Below the pieces are notes generated by a model. That model ran no database searches, was not told where the DNA came from, and saw only the letters and a list, made by a program, of their open reading frames with translations. From the NCBI GenBank assembly GCA_964509065.1, contig CAZDWA010000002.1, positions 19,049 to 83,048 on the forward strand: DNA of 64,000 bases. Reading direction: 5' to 3'. Position 1 is the stretch's first letter, and each line of letters begins with the position of its first letter. Origin of the DNA: an uncultured Lentimicrobiaceae bacterium. GTDB taxonomy: Bacteria > Bacteroidota > Bacteroidia > Bacteroidales > F082. Shown piece after piece: positions 8,958 to 17,264 of this stretch. The position numbers and the translations under genes were made by a program.

Positions 8958-11252
8958 TTATTCCACCACTATTTCACTAATAAATATCCAAGAAGGCTCG
9001 CCTGCACTGGAGTGTTCTTTGGGATTTACCCCACGGTTTTTAGCTGTAACTCTCAAATAACGAATGTTTTGTGCTTTTTTGTCAATACGGAATGTCTTGA
9101 GCAGTTTTCCGGTAGCCATTGCGGGCACATCATTTTCTTTTCTTGCCCATTCTTTGAAATTTTCGCCATCAGGGCTTATCTCCACTATGACTTCGGTGGG
9201 AAAGAAAATCCATGAGCCGGTTTGCTGCAAGGCATGTACCTCCACCGTACGCACTTTCTGTTGGGCTCCCAAATCAATGGTCGCAATCATATCATCACCC
9301 TGAAAACCTTTCCATAAGCCATCGCTAAAACTGCTTGAACCAAATACTCCGTCCACCAACCCGAATTCTCCTTGGGCATCGTAACGCTCCGCATTTGGAT
9401 GTGTAAGCTCCAGTTTTGAAGCAAATGCTTTGTGTACAAGGTAATCGCGTTGCATACTAGCTCCTTTTTTGCCTTTTTCATCAAAAATAGCAGCTTTAAT
9501 ACGTGTGGTTTTGTTAATGCTGATTGGCTCTTTATAAAGCTTATCGTGTACAGTAGGTTCTTTTCCGTTTAAAGTATATCGAATTTCAGGATTGTATGCT
9601 TCGGACATCAGTTCGATAATCAGCTGATTATTGGCGGGATTGGTCCGGGTATGTGCCGTCACTTGAAACGCACTTATCGAATAATTGATGTTGTCACGCT
9701 CGTAACGCTTGTATTGTGTTTCCATACGTGCGGAAAAGTTACCCCAATCACGCACTTCCTTTGGCGACCAAACTACTTCAGACAAGGCGGATACACGCGG
9801 GAAATACATATACTCAACCATGTCGGGACCGGTGATGAATTCTGTCCACAAGTTTCCTTGTGCCCCTAAAATATATTTATGGAGTTCAGGGCTTAATGCG
9901 TCCGGGACAGGTTCATATCCGTATACTTTTCTCAATGGAGTGTATCCCCCGATTGCAATAGGCTCTACATCGGGATCTCCCTGATAATAATTAAGATAGC
10001 AATAATCGCCGGGTGTCATCACCGCAAAATGATGCTGCTGGGCGGCAGCAATCCCCCCTTCTTCGCCTCTCCACGACATTACGGCAGCATTGGGTGCCAA
10101 GCCGCCTTCTAAAATCTCATCCCATCCCAGCATCTGCCTTCCCCTTTTATTCAATACTTTTTCAATGCGTCGCATAAAATAGCTTTGCAAGTCTTCTTCA
10201 TTTGCGAGGCCTTCATCTTTTATACGCTGCTGACATTTCTCGCAAGATTTCCATTCGGCTTTATCGGCTTCATCACCTCCAACATGAATAAGTGTTGAAG
10301 GGAAAAGGTCCATCACTTCTGTCAGTACATCTTCCAAATAATCGAATGTGGCATCATTTCCGGCACAATATATATGTGAAATGGGCCAAATTCCACCGGG
10401 AGCTACTCCCAGGTTTTCGCCGGTACAGCTGTATTCCGGATAAGCTGCCAAAGCCGACATCACATGTGCAGGCATTTCAATTTCGGGTATGATGGTAATA
10501 TTACGCTCGGCTGCATAATCAATCAGTTTTTTTATTTCTTCTTGCGTATAAAAACCGCCATAGGTAGCTTCTTTGCCGGGAGCTAAAGGGCGTGCGTCCC
10601 AATGTATGTCTTTCATATCGTGACGCCAAGCTCCAACTTCGGTCAACTTAGGATATTTCTTGATTTCAATGCGCCAGCCCTGATCATCTACCAAATGCCA
10701 GTGAAATACATTCATTTTGTGCTTTTCAAGCTGATCCAACAACTTGTAAATTAACTCAATAGGCATGAAATGACGTACTACATCCAAATGTATCCCACGG
10801 TAGCTGAAACGCGGATAATCCGTAATATTTACTGCAGGAAAACCTTCTCCTTCCGCATCAGCAAGTTGCAGCAATGTTTGGAGTGCATAACGAAAGCCGG
10901 GAATAGCATTTGCTTGAATAACAATTGCATCATTGTCCAGCTGTAATTTATAGCCTTCCATACCTATTGCCAAATCCATCGGCTTTTGAAATGCCAATAA
11001 TATCACATTCTGCAATGTTTCATGGCTGTGATATACGGGCTGTTTATCTTCAATCTCCAGCTTTTCGATAAACAAATTTGCCAAAGGCACTAAATCCGGA
11101 TGGTTGTAATAAACTTTTGTATTGGCATTTAAGCGGAAGCTGCCTTCAGTTTGTTCCAGTTGAGCCGGATACGGGATTAGCGGCAGTTGTGCATTCAATA
11201 TGAGGCTGCCCAAAAGCAGCATGATGGCGATGGAAAATCTTTTTACAGTCAT
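8958..11252 (-). CDS. GH20 beta-N-acetylhexosaminidase with C-terminal F5/8 type C (discoidin)-like domain
   Basis: 764-aa ORF with a signal peptide. Motifs are HWHLVDDQGWRIEIKKYPKL and the catalytic IHVGGDEADK. The C-terminal ~150 aa are discoidin-like. Confidence 0.9.
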   Translation of the reverse strand: MTVKRFSIAIMLLLGSLILNAQLPLIPYPAQLEQTEGSFRLNANTKVYYNHPDLVPLANLFIEKLEIEDKQPVYHSHETLQNVILLAFQKPMDLAIGMEGYKLQLDNDAIVIQANAIPGFRYALQTLLQLADAEGEGFPAVNITDYPRFSYRGIHLDVVRHFMPIELIYKLLDQLEKHKMNVFHWHLVDDQGWRIEIKKYPKLTEVGAWRHDMKDIHWDARPLAPGKEATYGGFYTQEEIKKLIDYAAERNITIIPEIEMPAHVMSALAAYPEYSCTGENLGVAPGGIWPISHIYCAGNDATFDYLEDVLTEVMDLFPSTLIHVGGDEADKAEWKSCEKCQQRIKDEGLANEEDLQSYFMRRIEKVLNKRGRQMLGWDEILEGGLAPNAAVMSWRGEEGGIAAAQQHHFAVMTPGDYCYLNYYQGDPDVEPIAIGGYTPLRKVYGYEPVPDALSPELHKYILGAQGNLWTEFITGPDMVEYMYFPRVSALSEVVWSPKEVRDWGNFSARMETQYKRYERDNINYSISAFQVTAHTRTNPANNQLIIELMSEAYNPEIRYTLNGKEPTVHDKLYKEPISINKTTRIKAAIFDEKGKKGASMQRDYLVHKAFASKLELTHPNAERYDAQGEFGLVDGVFGSSSFSDGLWKGFQGDDMIATIDLGAQQKVRTVEVHALQQTGSWIFFPTEVIVEISPDGENFKEWARKENDVPAMATGKLLKTFRIDKKAQNIRYLRVTAKNRGVNPKEHSSAGEPSWIFISEIVVE

Positions 11253-11293
11253 GAAATAAAATTTAGGTCGTTATCAATTCTTGTGTTACTAGC

Positions 11294-13111
11294 TTATTTA
11301 TAATTTTCGATTTTAAATGTCCATGCGGCATGATGTGGTATTTCTGCATATCGAATAGCATTCAAATCAATGATTAACTGATTGTTATCATATCTCCAAT
11401 TCAAATATCCCTCACGTCCAAGCAGGCTTATTTTGGTACCTTCTGCAGGCTTTGGTATCGGCAATTGCAGTGTTTCTCCGGGCCATTCCAAACAAGTGGC
11501 GTACAAATTACCGTGATTATGGGTATATGCCACTGTTTGCTTCATGGAACTGTAGGTCGCCTTCAGCCCTTGTGGGGCGTCTGTGCTGTTTTCAATGAAG
11601 AAAAAGTCCGAAGCAATAATCTGCTCTTCCATGGATTTGCTTGACCAGTACAGCTGTACCGAGGCTTGCAGAAGTTCTTCGTGATACTCAATGCGTACAG
11701 GATACAGCACATCTTTTTTCATTTTAAAGGTGTTTTTCTTGGCTTTTTTCTTTTTCACTTCAGCTTCTTCCTCTTGTTCCCATTGGTCCAAAACCAGTTG
11801 TCCGTCAATATAAAGCCTCACCCCATCGTCCGCTTTGGCGCTGAAGTTAAAGCTTTCAGTTGCAGGTGCTTTCAGATAACCTGTCCATACGGCTTTGAAA
11901 TGATCTTCCGAGATACCCGGTGCAGGACTGTTGCGTACCCAGTCGAAATCAATATTTGGATCTATTCTTTCAAAACTTATCTCACGCTCTTCGGCCGATT
12001 TTGTCCAAGCAGTGGAACCATATATCGCTTCTTCGTTGATTGCTATCCATTTGCCCAAGTCTTTCAGGCGCTCTTCTTGCATCAAGGGTATTTTTCCATC
12101 GGCTGCGGGACCTACATTAATCGTAATACCTCCTCCGTTAGCTACGGTACGTATAAAAAAGCGAATTAATTCTTCAGAAGTCATATAAGCTTCCAGCTTT
12201 TCATTTCTGTTTAGTCCAAAAGAACGTCCCAACCCACGCACTTCAGCCCAAGGGCGATCGGTTTTCAGACCGCCGGCACTGTATTCGGGAGTGATATAGC
12301 CGATATCGGCGCCATGTCCCCAACGGTCGTTTACTATCGCATCCGCCCCAACCGTATTGTAATAAAACGAAATCAGCTCTTGAGTATGCCAATCTTCAGC
12401 CGAATGTGTCCAATCGCCATCCGCGAACAGCAGGTCAGGCTTAAACGTAGTAATCAACTCCTTGAACTGCGGTATCATATAGTTCTCCACATAGGTATGG
12501 ATGGAGTCGTGCGGGTCGTTATCCCATTTGTGTAAGGCATTGTTCCATTCAGGCAATGAATAGTATAATCCGAAGCGGATATCCTGTTTTTTTACCGCTT
12601 GTGAGAGCTCTTCAAGTATATTTCTTTTTGGTCCCACATCCACGCTATTCCAGCCGGGAGCAAACTTACTTGGCCACAGACAGTATCCGTCATGATGTTT
12701 GGAAACGAGTATGATATATTTGGCTCCGGCACTTTTAAAAATAGAAGCCCATTCGTCCGCATCAAAAAGCTCGGCTTTAAAAAGTGGTGCAAAATCGTTG
12801 TACTCAAAATCTTCGCCCCAGTTTTTCTTCATAAACTCCAGCCTGCTTTGTGTGCCAACTTGAAGTCCCCTCAAATACCATTCGCCATATGCTTCGGCAG
12901 CACCGTAGGAAGGAACGGAATAAATACCCCAGTGGATGAAAACACCTAATTTGGCATCCTTAAACCATTGAGGATACGGACGGCTCCGTAAGGCTTCCCA
13001 AGTTTGTATTTCATCTTGAGCCAAAACCGGCTGAGCAAGAAAAAGAAATGCAAATACAGCCAACAAGTGAAAAACCGAAAATCTAAAACGTTTTAATATA
13101 CTCATAATCAA
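11294..13111 (-). CDS. GH29 alpha-L-fucosidase with an internal PA14-like domain
   Basis: 605-aa ORF with a signal peptide. GH29 motifs are GVFIHWGIYSVPSY and SKHHDGYCLWPS. A PA14-like segment follows (FKAVWTGYLKAPATESFNFSAKADDGVRLYIDGQLVLDQW). Confidence 0.85.
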   Translation of the reverse strand: MIMSILKRFRFSVFHLLAVFAFLFLAQPVLAQDEIQTWEALRSRPYPQWFKDAKLGVFIHWGIYSVPSYGAAEAYGEWYLRGLQVGTQSRLEFMKKNWGEDFEYNDFAPLFKAELFDADEWASIFKSAGAKYIILVSKHHDGYCLWPSKFAPGWNSVDVGPKRNILEELSQAVKKQDIRFGLYYSLPEWNNALHKWDNDPHDSIHTYVENYMIPQFKELITTFKPDLLFADGDWTHSAEDWHTQELISFYYNTVGADAIVNDRWGHGADIGYITPEYSAGGLKTDRPWAEVRGLGRSFGLNRNEKLEAYMTSEELIRFFIRTVANGGGITINVGPAADGKIPLMQEERLKDLGKWIAINEEAIYGSTAWTKSAEEREISFERIDPNIDFDWVRNSPAPGISEDHFKAVWTGYLKAPATESFNFSAKADDGVRLYIDGQLVLDQWEQEEEAEVKKKKAKKNTFKMKKDVLYPVRIEYHEELLQASVQLYWSSKSMEEQIIASDFFFIENSTDAPQGLKATYSSMKQTVAYTHNHGNLYATCLEWPGETLQLPIPKPAEGTKISLLGREGYLNWRYDNNQLIIDLNAIRYAEIPHHAAWTFKIENYK

Positions 13112-13255
13112 TTACTTATCTAAATAAGACAATTCTTAATGTGAAGAGGTAAAGTTATAGAAATTTTACGAATAGCCAAAGCTCAAGTTTCTAGGGGAAA
13201 TAGGATAAATATCCGTGTTTATTTAAGCCTATTTTGTAATTTCAATGATATAAAA

Positions 13256-13283
13256 AAGCCGTCTTTCTTTAGATTGACGGCTT
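13256..13283 (-). terminator. rho-independent terminator downstream of the C69 peptidase gene
   Basis: AAGCCGTC (13256-13263) pairs with GACGGCTT (13276-13283) around a 12-nt loop. Read on the minus strand, the hairpin is followed by TTTTTT. Confidence 0.6.
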
Positions 13284-13315
13284 TAATTACATTCTTATAT
13301 TTTCAAAGCTTGTGG

Positions 13316-15088
13316 CTAATCCTTATCGCTTTCGATTACTTTTAGCTTATCTCCGGTATCTTCCACGATTTTGCGTAAAAACTCCTTGCTGTAACCTGCA
13401 AATTCCACTTTTGGAATAGTTGAACCTTCTTGACGGGTTTTTACGTTTCCATCCATATATTTCATAAACAGCTCTTGGTAAAGATGTTTATAGCTGTTGA
13501 AAGTGCGATTTACCTGATCATGACTAAAATCAGTCAAAAATTCAACCGCTGCTTCTTTATTATCTTGATGTAAGACCCGTGCTGCCGCATCAATAGCAGG
13601 CACCAGTTTGATAAAGGTTGCTTCCAGTCCATCCCTTACTTCTGCCACATCTGGCTGAATCCGATTGTAGCGAGTATACGATAAGTTCGACACCATATTG
13701 GTAATCCAAAAGAGCGAAGTTTCGGACCATTCCATCAACGCACCGTTCCCTTCTTCAATAGGATGCGGACTGGTTGTCATGCTACTATATAATGGCATAT
13801 ATGCACCGGCATTGGCATCGTCCACTCCCCACCAAATAATACCGCCAATTTCATCGGGCAACCAAGAGCGTGACTGGGTAACAAAGGAAAAACCGGTTTG
13901 CTGTGTGACGGTAGCTCTCTCATTTACATAACTTACTCCATCCACTTTCCATGTAAGCGGGCGCCAACGATAAGGCAGTTCAAACGGCTGTGCACCAAAA
14001 TCTTTTGTCATATCCAACTCAGTGCCTTGCAGATAATCGCGCATAAACATCATCATATCGTGTAATGATATCTTTTTATTGGGCTTTACCCAAAGTGGCA
14101 TACGGTTGGTGGCATAGTTGTTTGGATTTGGACGGCCATCTTCAAAAGTGCCTTCATGTTTAATATGTCCTTTTACATAATCCCAATACTTATCCATTCT
14201 GTCGGTTACCTTATTAAACATGGTCCACACACGGATATCGCAAAAACGTGCTCCGCCAAAATCAACGGGTGCATAGGTATCCGAAAAGCTAAATCCGCTA
14301 TCTTCGCCTACAAACCAAGCTTTTTTACGTGCAAAACTGATTACATCTTCCGCATAAATCACTTCAACCTCTTTGTTGAAAATCTTGTCCATATCTTTTG
14401 AAGTGATCGAACGTTTGCCATCAGCCAAAGGGAAGGTTTGTATGCGCGCTTGATTCGCATGTGCGCTTACATAGCCGTCAGGGATACGCATTGCCACCCA
14501 TACGATACCTTTATCCGCATTATATTCTTTTTTGGTTTTTCTGTCGACTTTAAGATCAGTGCCCTTGCCGATAAGTTCCATTATCCACACCTCATCTTTA
14601 TCGGCAATGCTGAAAGATTCTCCTGAGCTGCGATATCCGTATTCGGAAAGCAGTTCTACTATGGTTTTTATGGCTTCACGCGCTGAGCGGGAACGCTGCA
14701 AGGTGATATAAATAAGGCTGCCATAATCCAAAATACCGGTTTTATCAACCAATTCCGAGCGTCCGCCAAAAGTGGTCTCACCAATGGCAAGCTGGTATTC
14801 ATTCATGTTTCCCACCACATTATAGGTTTGGGAAGCTTGTTTAATTTGTCCGGAATATTTTCCCGAATCCCATTCAATAATATCCAACATGCTTCCTTCG
14901 GGATGTTGTGCTGCGGGCCAATGATATAACTCACCATACAACTCATGCGAGTCGGCAGCATAAGTCACCATAATTGATCCATCTACCGAAGCTCCTTTGG
15001 TAACGATATAATTCGTACAAGCCTCAGCATGAAGCGGCACAAGGCTCAAGGCAACAAATGCCGAAATGACATAAAATAATTTCTTCAT
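13316..15088 (-). CDS. C69 family dipeptidase
   Basis: 590-aa ORF. A signal peptide is followed directly by the nucleophile Cys context HAEACTNYIVTKGASVDGS, typical of C69. Confidence 0.85.
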   Translation of the reverse strand: MKKLFYVISAFVALSLVPLHAEACTNYIVTKGASVDGSIMVTYAADSHELYGELYHWPAAQHPEGSMLDIIEWDSGKYSGQIKQASQTYNVVGNMNEYQLAIGETTFGGRSELVDKTGILDYGSLIYITLQRSRSAREAIKTIVELLSEYGYRSSGESFSIADKDEVWIMELIGKGTDLKVDRKTKKEYNADKGIVWVAMRIPDGYVSAHANQARIQTFPLADGKRSITSKDMDKIFNKEVEVIYAEDVISFARKKAWFVGEDSGFSFSDTYAPVDFGGARFCDIRVWTMFNKVTDRMDKYWDYVKGHIKHEGTFEDGRPNPNNYATNRMPLWVKPNKKISLHDMMMFMRDYLQGTELDMTKDFGAQPFELPYRWRPLTWKVDGVSYVNERATVTQQTGFSFVTQSRSWLPDEIGGIIWWGVDDANAGAYMPLYSSMTTSPHPIEEGNGALMEWSETSLFWITNMVSNLSYTRYNRIQPDVAEVRDGLEATFIKLVPAIDAAARVLHQDNKEAAVEFLTDFSHDQVNRTFNSYKHLYQELFMKYMDGNVKTRQEGSTIPKVEFAGYSKEFLRKIVEDTGDKLKVIESDKD

Positions 15089-15200
15089 AAACTATATTTA
15101 ATTGATTAACAAATTCAACAAGCAAAGATATAAAAACCTAAAGCAAGTTTTGATTGACTGCAACAAGCAGCTTTCAGCTTACTCGGCAAAAGTCCACTAA

Positions 15201-16139
15201 CTATTCATGCTGTTTTGACAACAGCTGAAGAGCCATTTCCTTATCACGTTGCAGCTGTTTTTTCAAGGCATCTATCCCATCAAATTTTATTTCGGAACGG
15301 ATGCGGTCAACAAAACGCAAGCATACGGTTTCACCATACATTTCTTGATCGAAATCAAACAAATGTACTTCAGTAGAAAGCCCATCATTCCCTACTGTAG
15401 GGCGATAGCCAATATTTGCCATCCCTTTATATTCTTTTCCTTTAAAATCGACCAAGCACGCATAAACCCCTTGAAAACTGATGAGTTTGTAAGGTAAATC
15501 GGTATGTATGTTTGCTGTTGGGAAGCCCAACTCACGACCGAGCGCATGCCCATGTATCACCGTCCCGCAAATTGAATACTGATATCCAAGCCATTTATTG
15601 GCTTTTTTGACATCACCTGCTTCAAGTGCCTTTCTGATTTTTGTGCTGCTAATAGCAATATTCTCAATATCTTGTGCAGGGATACGTTCAACTTTAAACT
15701 GGTACTTTTGTCCTAAGTCATACAGCAATTTAAAATCTCCCATGCGGTTTTTTCCAAAATGATGGTCGTATCCAACCACCAGCTTTGCTGCGTTTATCTT
15801 ATCAACAATTATTGATTTAATAAAACTTTCGGAGCTCATACGCGAAAACTCCTTTGTAAAGGGGATTACGATAACATGGTCGATACCAATCTCTTCCATG
15901 ATTTCCATCTTTTTGTCTTGTGTGGTGATAAAGCGCAAATTATCGCTATTAATATTCAGCACCACGCGCGGATGGGGGAAAAAAGTCACTACCACGGTTT
16001 GTCCGTCAATTTTACGAGCATCTTGTATCATCTTGTTAAAAATAGCACGATGACCCAAATGTACGCCATCAAAGGTGCCAATGGTAACCACCGCATTTTT
16101 AACCGGCACAAACTGATTAATATCTGTATAAATTTTCAC
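15201..16139 (-). CDS. ribF: bifunctional riboflavin kinase / FMN adenylyltransferase
   Basis: 312-aa ORF. Motifs are GTFDGVHLGH and a C-terminal riboflavin kinase part (GFPTANI, GMANIGYRPT). Confidence 0.9.
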   Translation of the reverse strand: MKIYTDINQFVPVKNAVVTIGTFDGVHLGHRAIFNKMIQDARKIDGQTVVVTFFPHPRVVLNINSDNLRFITTQDKKMEIMEEIGIDHVIVIPFTKEFSRMSSESFIKSIIVDKINAAKLVVGYDHHFGKNRMGDFKLLYDLGQKYQFKVERIPAQDIENIAISSTKIRKALEAGDVKKANKWLGYQYSICGTVIHGHALGRELGFPTANIHTDLPYKLISFQGVYACLVDFKGKEYKGMANIGYRPTVGNDGLSTEVHLFDFDQEMYGETVCLRFVDRIRSEIKFDGIDALKKQLQRDKEMALQLLSKQHE

Positions 16140-16197
16140 GTCAACTTTTGGCTTTTTACGGCTGCGAAACTACTGAATTTCTTGATGCTATCGAAAA

Positions 16198-17205
16198 TTA
16201 TTGGATGATTCCTCTTTTTCTGTCCATTATTGCCATGGCAATTTGGATGGCATTGGTGGCAGCACCCTTCCGAAGGTTATCCGCTACAATCCATAGGTTC
16301 AAGCCATGTGCAATGCTTTCATCCACACGAAGGCGACCCACGAAAACTTCATCTTTGTTTTGTGCAAATAAAGGCATGGGATAAATATTCTCATGAGGAT
16401 TATCCTGCAATATCAATGTCGAACAATTTAAAATCGCTTCACGAATGCTATCAAGCTGAAACGCATTTTCAAACTCAATATTCACACTCATCGAATGACC
16501 TCCTATCACAGGCACTCGTACAACCGTTGCAGTAACGGCAAGCCGGGGCTGTTGTAAAATCTTTCGTGTCTCAAATACCAGCTTCAATTCTTCTGCTGTA
16601 TTCCCTTTTTCATCAAATGCTCCGCCATGCGGGATTACATTTCGATGTATTGCATGCGGATAAGCCGGATTCGGGGATTGTTTACCGGCTTCTTCAAGCT
16701 CCAGCTGGTGAATCCCCTCAAGCCCGCTCCCGCTAACCGATTGGTAAGTCGAAACGACAATACGGCGGATAGGACTCACAGCTTGCAGACATGCCAATAC
16801 CATCACAAGTTGAATTGTGGAACAATTGGGGTTTGCAATGATTCGATGTTCAGGCTTCAGCTGATGCATATTAATTTCAGGTACCAAAAGAGGGACTGAA
16901 TCATCCATACGCCAAGCCGAGCTGTTGTCGATAACGATACATCCTGTTTCTGCAAATTGCTTGGCATAGCGGAGTGAAAAATCGCTGCCGGCAGAGAAAA
17001 GTGCGATATCCGGGCGTGCTTTAATCGCTTCTTCAACGCGAATTACTTCAATTTCGTTGCCATTAAACAGCAGCTTTTTCCCCTGCGAACGTGCTGATGC
17101 CACAGCAATCAATTCCACATCCGTCAGCCCGCGTTCTTCCAAAACACGAAACATCATTTGCCCCACTAAACCGGTAGCCCCCACAACAGCAATTTTAGTT
17201 TTCAT
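16198..17205 (-). CDS. asd: aspartate-semialdehyde dehydrogenase
   Basis: 335-aa ORF. Motifs are VVGATGLVGQ, the active-site ANPNCSTIQ, and SVSGSG. Confidence 0.9.
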   Translation of the reverse strand: MKTKIAVVGATGLVGQMMFRVLEERGLTDVELIAVASARSQGKKLLFNGNEIEVIRVEEAIKARPDIALFSAGSDFSLRYAKQFAETGCIVIDNSSAWRMDDSVPLLVPEINMHQLKPEHRIIANPNCSTIQLVMVLACLQAVSPIRRIVVSTYQSVSGSGLEGIHQLELEEAGKQSPNPAYPHAIHRNVIPHGGAFDEKGNTAEELKLVFETRKILQQPRLAVTATVVRVPVIGGHSMSVNIEFENAFQLDSIREAILNCSTLILQDNPHENIYPMPLFAQNKDEVFVGRLRVDESIAHGLNLWIVADNLRKGAATNAIQIAMAIMDRKRGIIQ

Positions 17206-17264
17206 TTATCTCCTAAATAAATTATTACTTTTACAAACCTAATACGTTACAAAAATATAAAATA

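Noticed and set aside
11666-12169. Long antisense ORFs inside real genes (11666..12169, 24644..25108, 25529..26026, 32124..32528, 60417..60863, 61136..61681 and similar).
   Set aside because: Each overlaps a much longer ORF on the other strand that has recognisable domains. They have low-complexity or Cys/His-rich composition typical of antisense frames.
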